DNA from: Paraphysomonas bandaiensis
Taxonomy: Eukaryota > Protista > Chrysophyceae
DNA: 64,000 bases
NCBI GenBank assembly: GCA_965644295.1
Contig: CBFFRP010000408.1
Span: forward strand, 62,001-126,000
Direction: 5' to 3'
Shown here piece after piece: positions 11,214-24,372 of this stretch (positions are counted from its first letter, which is position 1; each line of letters begins with the position of its first letter). The notes beneath the pieces are model-generated. The model had not been told where the DNA came from, ran no database searches, and worked only from the letters and a program-made list of their open reading frames with translations. Made by a program: the position numbers and the translations under genes.

Positions 11214-14159
11214 CTGTGTGATGGGAATTACTTTGACTATGAGGACGATGAGGTGAGAGGTTCGAGCATATGTATGTATAGTTAGAGTTACATGTAATGC
11301 ATATGGATTGGTAGTTATATATGTCGATAGATATGTGCCAGCGTAAGTATAGATATATATGTGTAGAGATATAGATTGTGATATAAACACAAGAACACGT
11401 AGCGGTAAATATACTCCTAGGCTTAGAGATTAACTTTGATACTGAATGTTGATATATTGACTTGTGTTGTATAGACTGCTCTCCAGCGTGAAGCTGATAT
11501 TGCAACGGAGATATTGGACGGGGAATGTTGGGTCGACCCTGCGTTTCCAGCGGACGGTAGGGCACTCTATTTTGACCCGGAATGTCCCCCTAAAGGTGAT
11601 CTTACTCTTTAAAGAAGTTACATTTCTATATTTTAATTTTGTGATGGTGCAGGATCAATGCCCCCGGAATCTTTGTCCTGGTTCAGAATATGTCAAGGAG
11701 GTGTAGACAAGTGCAACGACCCGAAAACTTTTATGGCAGATGAGACTTCTTGCGTGATAATCCAGGGGGCATTAGGAGACACATACTTTATTAACTCCCT
11801 CCGTTGTAAGTACTGAAAGGGTAAATTACGTGACTGATGAAAACTGCAGTGCTGGCATGTGATCCAAAGTATATCGATCGCTTAGTAGTGTCGGACAAGT
11901 ATGCAAAGAAGGGACTCTATACTTTCAAATTCTGCAAAGTAGGCAAGGTGAGCGGTCATGATTGCTACATTTTCTGTGTCATGTACATGTAGTGGAGGTA
12001 TGTCCATGTCGACGATAGAATCCCGTGTCGACAGTCTGGTCGTGTCCACTTTAGCCGTAATGGGAACCCCAACGAAACATTTGCAATGCTAATGGAAAAA
12101 GCCTACGCGAAGTTGCATGGCTGCTATGAAAGCCTTCTCCATGGGTTAGTAGAAAAGGCTCTGCAGGACCTGACTCCTGCTGCCCACGTGCAGGTACATA
12201 GAAAGGAGCTGATGAGTCCTGATGGTGAGCATCACTCGTCAATACTTTATTTAGTATGTATAATACGTCGTTATACTTATAGAGGTATACGATATTGTGT
12301 GGGAAGATCTGGATGCAGCGATAGAAGAGAAGAGAGTTGTTGGTTGCAGACGTGTAGCTGCAGATCCCTTCAGCGATAAAAATCAGGACAGATTGGGTAT
12401 AAAATTAGGGGTAGCATATCAGGTAGTGGATGTGTGTGCAGCGCATGCGGAGGCGACAGGCATTGCCGATGCCCTTGACGTAGGTCTGGTGTGCATACGA
12501 AATCTTCAGTCCCGAGAAACAGGAGGACGGTTCACAGGTCGCTGGTCTTATGGTCATCCAGCGTGGAGTGAATACCCAGAAATTGGGCGTGATTTAGCTG
12601 CCCGAACTGAAGAAGTTCACCTCGCAAGTCCATTCCATAGTGGGGATAAAAAATCAATAGTATCTGTACCGTCAGAGGATGTGGATAAGTCGTCTCGTAC
12701 AAAGAAGAAGGCTTTGAGAGATATGAGCGAAGACCCTGACGACCCATTCGCTGATGTGAATCTCTCTGATAGTGACGAGGAAGAGGATAACTTTGCCATT
12801 GACAAGGTCATCAAGTCTAATAAAGTAAAGGTGTGTACAATATATTGATGCGACATCGTGCCTCGTTATACTTGACTGAATACGCTGAATACATAGGTTG
12901 CTCAACCCGGGGTGGAAGGATTGTATTGGCTTCAGATTGAAGACTTCGTTGAACTGTTCAACCGAGTTTACATTGTCCAGGACGTAAGTTGGGGCGCGGA
13001 AATGACTACGAAGCGTTACCTGTCGAAGTGGATTCCTGGGGACTTTATTGCGGGATCAGGGGGGCCTCCTATTGATACCGGCCTTGCGGTCCCCTCTGCT
13101 GGAATTCGGGAGAGTGACGACAAAGAGGAGGCATCTGTGGGCGGAGACGGAGACGGGAGTGTAGATGATAAGGAAGCCGGAGATGGTGATGGTGAGGACG
13201 ACGAAGACGAAGAGAGCGAGGAAGAAGTGGATGACGATGCTCCGCCTGATCCGTTCACAGACAACCCCATGTATCCATTCGTCGTTTCTGAGCCTACTAT
13301 CTTGAGTGTAGCACTTTTTCAATCGGATTGCAGGTATATCTGTATCACCTTTATTGACTCGTCTTTTATTTTATTGGGTTATAGATGGAGCGTTTCTCGA
13401 ATTGGGGTGGACAACCCAATGGCAGTCACTACCAAAGACTTTGCAGTTCGTGGTGGCCGCTTGGACGCCTGTATGTCGTACCATCGAGCAATTGGATTTG
13501 TCATCGTCAAGCTATCTGGATTAAAAGTTCGGGTTACGACGTTCAGTATGAAACGCATTGTGGCAAATAGTGAATATATTCAGTTCTCGAATTGCTGTAG
13601 CAAAGTGGTTCATCTAGCGCCTGGAAGATACGCCGTGGTACCTTTCACTGATGTGCCAGTAGACAACATGGTTATTGAATACTGTCTCACTGCTCAGTTC
13701 AAGGCTGGTGCAGTGGATTTCGAGATTAATGACATCATTAAAGAGCGTCCGATGGATGATATGCCTTCTGATGACGAAGCGGAGGGAGACGAGGAGGAGC
13801 GGCGAAGGTTGCAGGGAGAGGGAAGCGGGAGGTGCCCCTTGCTCCTTATGACTGACAGGTGGGAGTGGGAAGAGGAAATCGAAGAGAGCGGTTCCATTGC
13901 TGTTTATGAACAGGTTCGTCGTCGTTTTATATGTCAACATTAGTGCTTGAGTAAAGATATATCTTACCTACGGAAGTATAATAGATCCCAGTGTATTGGT
14001 GTAATTTACGTCCTTTATACTTTGTGGCAGGTGAACGACTTGGCTTTTCTACTGCGTAGCATGCGGAAAGATGTCAGGGATTTACAGAGGGAGAAACTTA
14101 AGATGATGAGTAAAGACAAAAAACCTATCGTTGAGCCATTAAACAAGTTGAGTATATAA
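11214..14159 (+). CDS. Calpain-like protein (CysPc + domain III), predicted protease-dead; multi-exon, 5' end uncertain
   Basis: IIQGALGDTYFINSL, WRYVHVDDRIP, LMEKAYAKLHGCYESL, FTGRWS, GLYWLQIEDF, NPMYPF and LAPGRYAVVPFT. Confidence 0.85.
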
Positions 14160-14782
14160 AAAGAATAGTAAATTGTATAAGTGGTATTTAACCATCAATG
14201 TACCTAGCCGGTTTATTTTCTATATCTCAAATAGTTGACTTAATTTTAGTACCGTAGATGCTATCTTACAGTAGTGGTAAATAGTTGTCAAAATCGTGCT
14301 CTGCCAAGCTCAGCTACAAACATTCGTATTGGACATATCACTGAAGTCATCACTCAGATATATGGCGTAAACCTTAAACTTGCTTTGTTGTATACAGCGT
14401 CTAATTCGTATGGGTAACTTCAGTGATTCCTTTATATTGGTGCCCCCTGTTAGCTTAAGGGAAAAAGAAAGTTGAATTGCGAAATACCATCCATTGCAGG
14501 GTATTTCTTCAGGTTTTAAAATTTAATTTTCAATTTTTCTTGTACGTTCTGCTTACAGAGGGCGCCTATACAAAGCAGTAATAGCCGAGTGAAAGATAAA
14601 GAATTATGAAAGCAAAATGTTTTGCTCATTGTTCGGTCTTGTATGTTCGAGTAAGACAATTTACGGAAGTACTGTCAGCTGATAAATATCTTTTGTGAAT
14701 ATGCATTATTACTGAATGTCTCCTTAGTAGTAGTAGGCGTTTAAGAGCAGCGCTGCATAGCAATTAAGTGTCAACTAATTGA

Positions 14783-16410
14783 CAGGCTGTAGTCAATTAT
14801 TATTTTAATTTCAATTATTTAATACTGAACTACATTAGCTGCCAATATAACTACCTTACCTGTAATAATATCATTCCAGAGGCGACGGTATATGCGTAAC
14901 GACATAATTAGTAGTTGAGCTTAGTAAAAGAAAGCTTAGATTTAGTTATATTTAACCACGGGCAATAAGGAGGCTATATCGTCCCGCGCTCAAAATTTTG
15001 AAACGAGGGCGAAAAGCCCGAGTTTTAAAATTTAGACAAGGGACGATACTCCTTATCCCTAGGATAAATTGTAGCTTATTCTCATGACGTTGAAAAGTTA
15101 ATATTAGATTGTATAGCTATTTGTAGATTTGTAGCATGCTTGCTGTATTAGGAAATAGATGTTCCTTGATTAAATTAATAACACAAATGAGAACTCATAT
15201 AGTTTCAAATGAATGATATGTATACTGTAAGTGTGATGATAAATGTAAACAGTTGAAGATGACAGAGAGGCTTCTTATTGCCTTAATTAGCATCATCATC
15301 ACATTTATATACAGCAGGCTTTACCTCTGCAAGTGCACCTTATCGAAGGATGTGTGTATGATATGAGACACACAGTATCCTGAGAAGCATGATACGGCTC
15401 CAACCCTGAAAGAACTGGGTGCCACTGCTGCTAACCACCTATATAGCATCAGATATGGTACTTAAACTCTCCTGTAATATTCTTGAAGTTGCTTCGAAGT
15501 CCTGGATATGAAGACAGATCACTTGCACTGACATCGTTGTGATCTTATACAGCAGTCGAAGGATGGAATATAACCTGGAGTGTTAGATGATCTGCTCTTG
15601 ATATTTGGCTCATGATTGTGGTTTCTCTATAATTGTGTACTATAATAAAATCACGTACATTCGACTGTCATTATCATAATGAAGATAGAAGTGAGCTTCT
15701 GTTCAACCGAATATTGAAGTTGAATGTCTATATTTGCCCGGTGCTGATATGAGCGCCCTGTTGAGCCAAAATCACGTCAAAAAAAGCATTTTTTGAGACA
15801 AAATGGGGATAATCACTTTAAGGAGAACATTATAAATTATGAGAGATGATGTCATTCAACAACTCGATTTATCTCTACTATACCCCAATCATTTCTAGTA
15901 CGATCATACATCGTCACTATTTTGTACAGTCAATATATTTCAGTTTAAGTACTACAATAGCTATCATAATATTATTGGTTCTCATAATACGATTAGCTAC
16001 TACTGTATTCTTTGAAGAGCGGTTATATTTCAAATATCTTAGAAACTACAGTTTTTACTAGCTCACAAACAGCAAAACTCAACACGTAAAAATATAAGCA
16101 GCTCTAAATGCAGAGGGGTTATACTCTTGCGCAGATCCGTCATAACAATCTACTTATAGCTCTACTGAAAAACTTTTAAACTTATTGGTGTTGTGGCATG
16201 CAAGTACTTCATGCTATTTTTTTCAATAATAAAGAATGCGGTTTATTTACATCTCTTCTTAGTATAATATATATAAAGGTGGTATTTGTATACTAATAAT
16301 TGAAGCAAGCAGAAGAGGCAAATATAATTTCATTTATTACTACTTGCTGTCTTAATTTCAATTATAGCAATTTCAATAATTGACAATTAATTGATACATA
16401 GCCCTGTCTA
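14783..16410. mobile_element. Decayed repeat family E (CAGG-ended, possibly hAT MITE) interrupted by a family D copy at ~14945-15820
   Basis: 14835-14912 and 16085-16215 align contiguously with 24187-24372. Weak CAGG...CCTG inverted ends. Confidence 0.45.
14945..15820. mobile_element. Family D copy with intact terminal hairpin
   Basis: TATCGTCCC...AAATTTTGAAAC..GGGCGAAAAGCCC..GTTTTAAAATTT...GGGACGATA hairpin at 14977-15048. The body aligns to 6385-6625 and, inverted, to 29955-30510. Confidence 0.55.
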
Positions 16411-16496
16411 AAAGCGTCAGTGCTTAACTCGGATATCCTACTATACAACCTACAAAAGTTGCTTGTGTTCGTCACCACCGCAAGCACCAAGGTGCA

Positions 16497-17168
16497 AAGT
16501 CGGGCTCGCACCTTTTCGTGGTGTTATGGGGGTTAAGTACCGGAGACATTTCTCCGGGAAACTAGCGTGAGCCGATTATATATAGTCAGCAGATATAACG
16601 TTCTGCCCTCTCATACCATTGCAAATAAATGCTTGTGTGGTACAAGGGACACTAACAAGTGTCACTTGTGTAGACGTCTTTGAGCCTTGACGAGTAAACA
16701 GGCATCCGGAAATGGGCTGCCTGCTGAAGTCAAGCATCCGGGCGTTTCACCTTAAGGACAGAGAGCGAAAGCGGTTGCACCTTGTTGGCATCTTGGTTCT
16801 TGCGATGACGCACAAGTAGCTCTCGTAGCGCTAAATATAGTAGGATATCAGAGTTAAGTACGAGTTAGTTAGTTAAATTGTTTTGCTTTATTAGTTCTGA
16901 CTCTTACACGCCTTTTGCTACTAAAATCAGATATTGCTTGCGATGACGCACAAGTAGCTCTCGTAGCGCTAAATATAGTAGGATATCAGAGTTAAGTACG
17001 AGTTAGTTAGTTAAATTGTTTTGCTTTATTAGTTCTGACTCTTACACGCCTTTTGCTACTCTAAAATCAGATATTGACTACTGGCCTACTGATGACAGTA
17101 TTTATACAAGTATTTACGATCTGGATCTGACTCTTGAACGCTTATTGCTAATAAACTGGCATTCACGA
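16497..17168 (+). mobile_element. SINE-like non-autonomous retroelement (head C + tail B), tail tandemly duplicated
   Basis: Homologous to 31019-31502. A 138-bp direct duplication lies at 16799-16936 / 16937-17076. An inverted B fragment abuts it at 16410-16496. Confidence 0.75.
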
Positions 17169-17213
17169 CTACACAAGTGTGTAGGTGTTTGAAAGATCGC
17201 ACTATCCAAAATA

Positions 17214-17990
17214 TGAAAGTCTGATTATTACATGAGTACGGTTGCGTACAGAAACTAGTTTATGTCTATAGACTAGAGCTAATAACTAGATTTGCTATAT
17301 ACTACTAGTGGCGGGCAACCGTCTCGGGACTGCTTGTGCATCGCTGCGAGCACCATGGTGCAACCGTCCCTTGTAGTGAGGTTAGTCGGGGGGTCTACCT
17401 TTGGGCAATGTGTCTGGCGGGCCTGTGCCATGGATTATGTGGGGGGTGGGTGAGGCGAGATGTATATGAGAGTGCAAGTCGGTGGTGGAGATGGTGCTGG
17501 TTGTTGAGGTGGGGTTTCGGCCACAAGTAAGGAGGAGTTGTTTCCGGAGTGGTTGCGCTTGCCTCTGTCGGGTCTGGGCTCTTGCAGAGAGTGTAGTTCG
17601 TGGGGTGGATGTCGCCTGGAGTAGCTGGAGTACTTTTGGTGTCGGGTGGGTATCCTGGGGCTGGCGTTGCTTTGCGTGTGTCGGGACCGGTGTCGCCGGT
17701 GCCGTGTCTACGTTGTGGTGTTTGTGTCCCCTATTGCGAAGCATGCGGAGCCCTCCATCATATAGGGGAAGTAGGATAGAGGCGATGGATTTTTCTAGGG
17801 CGTGGAATTGATGTTCGAGCAGTGAGCTGGATATGTGGCGTCCGAATGCGTCGGCCATTTGTGTGGCAGTAATGTGGCCGGTCCAGTAGCGCTCAACCTG
17901 GGGGGTGGTTGGGTTCCATGCGGCTTTGGCTAGTTTGGTTATGGCGTGTAAAACCAGGGATGGGGGAGCGTGCGTGTGCGAAGTTTGTCA
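17214..17990 (-). mobile_element. Degenerate 3' portion of a LINE-like element ending in a family-B tail
   Basis: GC-rich ORF 17382-17858 is preceded by PQVERYWTG (homologous to ~7910). A B-type tail at 17214-17370 follows on the same strand. Confidence 0.55.
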
Positions 17991-18283
17991 AGCTTATTCG
18001 CACTATCCAATAATCATTTCACACTCTGACACCAGCACAAGGTGCACCTCTTCACACCACACGGAGGCAGAATATTCTATTCGAATATCATGTCGGCTTC
18101 CTTTACATGTGATATATCCATCCATTGTAGGGTGGATATTGATTCTGCATATAGGCTATAGTTGCTACTGTATACGTCATATTATTTAAGGTATAAACTG
18201 ATGGTGCCAGTATCCCAAGTATTATATAAACAAAATTCTATACTTAGACACACTTAAGATATACACATAGAATTATAAAATCG

Positions 18284-21200
18284 TCACAATGCTGTTCTAA
18301 ATGTTCGCTTACGATCAGCAGGCGAGCCATCGAAAAACTTTCTAGATGGCGGAGCTGATGTCGGACGATGTACATCATGATCGCGTTTCGAACTTGCTAC
18401 CTTTGGGGAAGGAAATGGTGATATCGATGGGGTCACACTCTTCGGAGTGAGCATAATACTAGTAGTCTGAGAAGCAGAGGTGGTGTCATCAGACGTATAG
18501 TTGAACTCAAATCCAGTTGACTTCATAGCAGACATTAACTTATCCTTTTGCTGTTCAAACGAGTACTTCTGGGCAAGACAATGTTCCCGAAGGGTCTGTG
18601 CCGTTTGCTTGGTTTTGAAGTCATTCGTATGACGTGGTTTCACAATTTCTGATATTGGTCTACCTACAGCAGCCTGTTGTGCCTCAGCTTCGCTCCTAAC
18701 ACAATTTTCATTTATGGTCTGCAATAAAATCTGTGTGCCAGTGAAAACAAATCAACCATAGTGAAAAAATACCTCTTTTTTTCGAATTTCCCACTCCTGT
18801 ACATACATTAACTCCTGTCAATGATCAGAATAGTTCCTTACCAGACTGTGTTGATATTTCTTAAGTAGGTCTTTTATGCTCATTGCAGTTTCCACGTAAC
18901 TGTTCACAAGTGCCATTAGAAATTACACTAATGGGGAAAATAGCCTACCGTTCACGACTAATCTGGAGTAATTTGTTGAAAATGATCGGGCAATGATAAA
19001 CCTGTTCAAGTGGAATCACACAAACTTCACAGTACGTTACCGCCACCTGCACAACGAGTGAGTGTACCAGTAAAATTTAAAAAAGTGTTGCCCCACACCA
19101 GAGAATTGATGTGATGACCAAAAATGTCATCTTCGTATTCTTTGTCTTTTTTGACACCCTAAAGAAAGCAGCGTTACAATTCAAACTTTTCAGAAAAATA
19201 TGCAATACTTTGGAAGATTTCTTTCTAGAACTTGGAGAATATGCAGATTCGTGAACTGGCCTGTTTTCGTCGAGGCTCGGCATTCTGTTGAGGGCGGTAG
19301 TACTGCTACGGGACACAACTTTCTTGCGTGTAGCAGAGCTCTTCCGCCGCCCATGCCCAAATGATAGCTCTCCTTTAAGAATTTTATCTCTCCATTTCTC
19401 ACAGCAAGCATTCGGATTGTATTCGGATGTAGTAGACATTTCTTTAACACGCCAAGATAACGGTATATCTCTCTTGGTACTGTCCCCACCAAGCATATCA
19501 AAGTACGCCGCACTATCCAAATAGTAAAAACGCCTATCAGCCCTACACTAGTGATGTAACGAAAAATTCACCTGCGGGAATTTTCTAAATCCCTTGTCGC
19601 TTCATCGGGAAGAACAAAACTTTCATCAGTGAATCCATCCATGAAAGCAAAGTGACCAGGAAACAAGTTCAAGCCTATGTTAACCTCGATACTGTCTGGC
19701 CGTAGGTTACCATACCCCCTCAGTGCCGCATTGGCAGGTGTGTATGTGCCCCGAGGGGGATATGACCGAGTAAAAGCACATTCACCCATAGTAACTATAA
19801 AAAGATGTCGTCTTGGAGTAGCCTACGACAACGTCATGATATTTACGCAGATTAGAAGTCCGACCTCCGTAAATATCCGATCACCAGGCCAATAACATCG
19901 AATATGAGCTCTCTCAGTCATCTCTTTAGAAAAATCTACATCGATCCCCTGCTCAATGGAGAGTTCGCGGGAGAGATCTTGAGCATGACGCAACAACCCA
20001 TGATATTTCCAAAAACAGGTCATGATATCCTTCGGGATCGCTCCAACGTAGCCCACAAACCTTGTTAGACACTGGATTGGAATTACACATACAACTGTGT
20101 CATCGGCCCCTGAAACTACATCTGCAGGAACTAGATTACACATTCATCGCAATAAGTGCTGTGACAACCGTATTTCCACTTCATTCTCCCCCTCCAGAAC
20201 TCGCTACCCACAAACGACCCACTCCTGATCTCTTCTATGACTTTATACTTGCTACCACTCCTAGTATGACCATTTCCACCTCCAAGCTTTCGATTCACAA
20301 AACTACAATCACGATTATCTGGATCCGTGGCGCTGCTTTTTTCATCAAGTTGGTCCCCGACATCACGTCGTCGCTTCTTGCGCAGCAATACTTTCCCTTT
20401 AATCACCACGAAACAACAATCTAGTCCAAAATCATACATGCATACAATCCTCAGTGTTGAATATACCTATTGACTCATCTCTATGAGACAAAATCTCTGC
20501 ACGATTAGCGATATGAGCCACAGAGCAGCCGTACGCAAGTGCTCTCATTTCTGACGATACAAGACATTAGTATCAACATAACGTGCATCGCTTACTAACC
20601 ATCTTCGGTGCTCTCACTTACATACTCGCTTAAACCTTTCGTCATCTGCAACGATATCAACCGTATGTTATAGAGTGTTGCGGTATACCAAGAGCGCTTG
20701 AAGCACCATGTTATGCATGGCTTGTAATCTCTTCTCTGGTGGAGTTTTGAGTGCCTCTCTTAGCTATGTGACAGTAATTGGTAATTCAGGGTGGCAAGTG
20801 GGACTTACCTGCATGATGAGAGGACCCTTTGATGGCTCATTATCTCTGGCGTGGATAAAGCTCGCATTTGTTACAGCACTATCTCCAAACCGCATTGAAT
20901 CCAGAATCCTGATGTATGCTACCTATTACGCGCATAATGTATTCAATACAACTACTGACGTGAGTTCATCTGTCCCGACTTTAATCGTTCGCATATAAGC
21001 CTCCTTCCGTACATTGTGCTCCAAATTCTACATCCGCAACAAGTGGTTCTTATATAAGTTCAGTGCAATATGCATCACATTGAACGTACGTGTTCACCAA
21101 CAAATTTCTCTGCCATCTTATTAAGTTCTAATGCTAAATATGATTCCACATTATCCTTTATTTCGTACGGCATGACATTATCCTCGGTCGGCATATTTAA

Positions 21201-22718
21201 TTTGGCAGCTTCTAACTCATTAGCTCGAATAACATCTTGCCTCAACCGCAACATGTCGGGGTCTTCTGCAGGTATCTGTACCGACCCATGAGCTTTGATT
21301 TTCTTCGATTGAAGCGGTCGTTTTCTGTAAGTTTTAGTAGAAATAACCGGAGACATATCGGAGGTATTGATCTTAACAATAGAACTGCGAACATGACAAT
21401 GAGGACGATGCTGCGTAGAATTCATGGGACTCAGACTGCTTACAGCATCTTCCATTTCCTATGTGAAATTCTTAAACACAAATCTAGTCAACAATACTTC
21501 ACCACCACCCACCTCTTCATCATCGTCATTACTGACAGCTATTCCTGTTGATACATAATCTCTCATGGAGCGTTCAATCTCAGCAACGTCGAATATGTTC
21601 TACGATCAGCGTTTTAGGGTTAACTTTATAACAAAATTATAATTGCAATACAAACATTTATTTGCCTCTCCTTTTCAGCATCCAGCACAGCCTGCACCAT
21701 TAAACGTATAATGTGAGAAAGTACACAGAAGAGCATCTGACCTGAGAGTATCGCATCATACGCTTCATCTCGACCACGTCGACTTGCATCTACAACATAC
21801 AGGTTAGTCGAAATATACGAAACCATGCTGATTTACCATATCAAATTCAGGGTCTAGAACCAAGCCGTCCACAAGAATCTATTTAAAATTTACTTATTTA
21901 AGCAAAATTGGCTGGGATTAGTCCTCACCCCAAACAGATCACCGGAAGGGCTAACAGCGAACCTCTCCTTCGTGAACTTGGTACTATCGAAGAGAATTTC
22001 TCTAAGATCCAAGGGATCGATAGGGTAGCTGTACCTAGAAAACAATCATTCGATAATAGTTAGGCATTGCGCTATGAAGGTACCTCTGAGAGTTGGCAGT
22101 CACATGCATTTCCAGCTTAAACGGTGTCGAAACTCCCTCTAAGAACTCTATCGTCCAAAATGTGTCGTCTACAAGTTTGCTCTCCTACACACATACTAAG
22201 GAAAAAGCTATCGCATCACTACTTGTAATAAAACTAACTTGTCGAAGCAAGTATCCTGACTGCCCTGTAGCCAAAAAATATTCTTTCGGCAAGGAGAGTG
22301 TAGGGATCTCGATTTCTCCATTCTCCCTCGCATGTAGCAAGTTGAAAGCTTCTTCCGCTCTATTATGAACCGTTTCCGCATTGCACCCCAAAAAGAGATG
22401 AGTCAATAGCCCGAGACCTATAGCGGTGTCGTACTCCTCCTCATCGACAGTCCATTTGGCCTCTGCGTATGTGCCATAGAGCCACAGCGATCTCTCCTTC
22501 AAATCGCATAAGTCACAGTCCTCTAGCTTAACAAAACAGCACCCATCCTTTGAGAGAGCAAGAGAAGGGTCCTGAAAGAAGCCGATTGAGCCATCACGCA
22601 GCAGAGAATGTCTGTGTCTGGATGACATGGACTCGAAAACGATCGTGCTTCTTTTGCGCCTCTGCAGCTCCACTGGAGCGGCCATCAGCTGCGTTCTGCG
22701 GCCTCTCTTTGTTGCCAT
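18284..22718 (-). CDS. Large multi-exon protein with cyclic-nucleotide-binding-like domain(s)
   Basis: ORF segments 22185-22718, 21075-21455, 20131-20439 (CCFVVIKGKVLL...IEEIRSGSFVGSE), 19823-20143, 19568-19789, 19077-19520 and 18284-18724 are linked by GT-AG introns. It could be two genes. Confidence 0.6.
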
Positions 22719-23142
22719 TTTCCCGCTTGAGGGTGTGGTGTACAGGTTCTTATGGTGTATCTATGTACGCTACTAACTCTGTCATGTACACCATGCAGTA
22801 GTGGGTTACTCAACTGCTCTTCTGTATGTATATAATACACTGCCGTATATGGCAGTCGTACGGTAGGAAGCAAGTAGTGTGCAGGTTTTCGAGATATGCG
22901 TACAGTATACCTATACCGTATACCTATACGTCGTACCATATACCATACCATACCGTATATGGGTACACCACATCTACAATGTACTGTATATATGAGAGTT
23001 TTTGGTGTGAAAATGAGACTATTGATAATTTTGTAGATGTACCCAATAAACCCACCTCACTTGTTCTTGACGCACTGGTTCATTTATCAGCGGTTTGCTA
23101 TTGATCTTCTGTGTGGAGTTATTACACAGATCAATCCGTGTG

Positions 23143-23916
23143 ATGGGGCTTCTGACCATATTGAAGAAAGTAAAGCAAAAGGAACAAGAGCTAAGGATAT
23201 TAATATTAGGGCTTGACAATGCGGGTAAAACAACTATACTTAAGAAGTTTAATGGTGAAGATGTCCATCAGGTCTCACGATTAAATATATTATTTAAAAT
23301 TTTTAATGAATTTGAATGGCGACAGATAAGTCCGACTGTTGGTTTCAATATCAAGAGCTTAGAGTACCGCGGCTATACTTTGAACCTCTGGTATCTGTTT
23401 TTTGCATCATATTGTAATGCTCTTCACCGGTTTTGTCATAGGGATGTCGGTGGACAGAAAACAATACGCGCGTACTGGCGAAATTATTTTGAGCAAACGG
23501 ATGGTATTATATGGGTAGTCGACTCCGCTGATAGGTGGCGACTGGAAGAATGCAGAAATCAGCTGCGCGAACTGCTGTCACAAGAGGTGGGATATGTATC
23601 ACAGTTGCTGCTCATTTCTATTCGACATTTTTATGGTCTGTGTCTAGAAATTAGCTGGAGCAAGTCTGTTGATATTTGCCAACAAGCAGGACTTGGCAGG
23701 GGCACTCAGTGTCAATGAGATATCCGAAGTGTTGCATCTAGCAGGTTCATACATCAATGTTATATGGTTTATATGATTACGCCGTTTGTAGACGATGATA
23801 TAAAAGGGCGACATTGGACGATATTTGGATGCTCGGCTATGACTGGAGAGGGACTGGAGACTGGTGTTGACTGGGTTGTAAACGACATTGCCTCCCGCAT
23901 ATTTGTCATGTCATAG
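23143..23916 (+). CDS. ARL2: ADP-ribosylation factor-like GTPase 2
   Basis: [67 protein letters not shown] and C-terminal [10 protein letters not shown]; four short introns. Confidence 0.96.
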
Positions 23917-24186
23917 CAAGCAGTTATATATTGCTACAGTTCTAAATGCCAGGAGTGTATTGAAATTAGACAACTCATGGGGCCCTTTTTACATCAGTGT
24001 AGAATAGTGTTTTTTGTGGGTCATCCTACGTATACCAGATTATTGCGCAACTTATAGTGCACCTTGCATTTGTATGAGAATAAATGTACATGTTGATTAT
24101 TGTAGCCCATGTTGACTAAGTCGTCAACTGACAAGATCTTAGTAATTAATTTAGATAGGAATACTTATTGTGTGAACTAAAATACA

Positions 24187-24372
24187 CTAGCTGCCAATAT
24201 AGCTACCTCAACTGTCATTTCATTTCAGAGGCGACGATTCATGTGTAAAAACATAATTAGCTCTTAAATGTTGAGGAGTCAAGCTTGTGCGCAAGCCCGT
24301 CATCATAACAATCGTAGCACTACTGAACAACCTTTCAACGTTTTTGGTTGTGGCATGCAAGTATTTCATGCT
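24187..24372. repeat. Second copy of family E
   Basis: Aligns to 14835-14912 plus 16085-16215. Confidence 0.55.
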
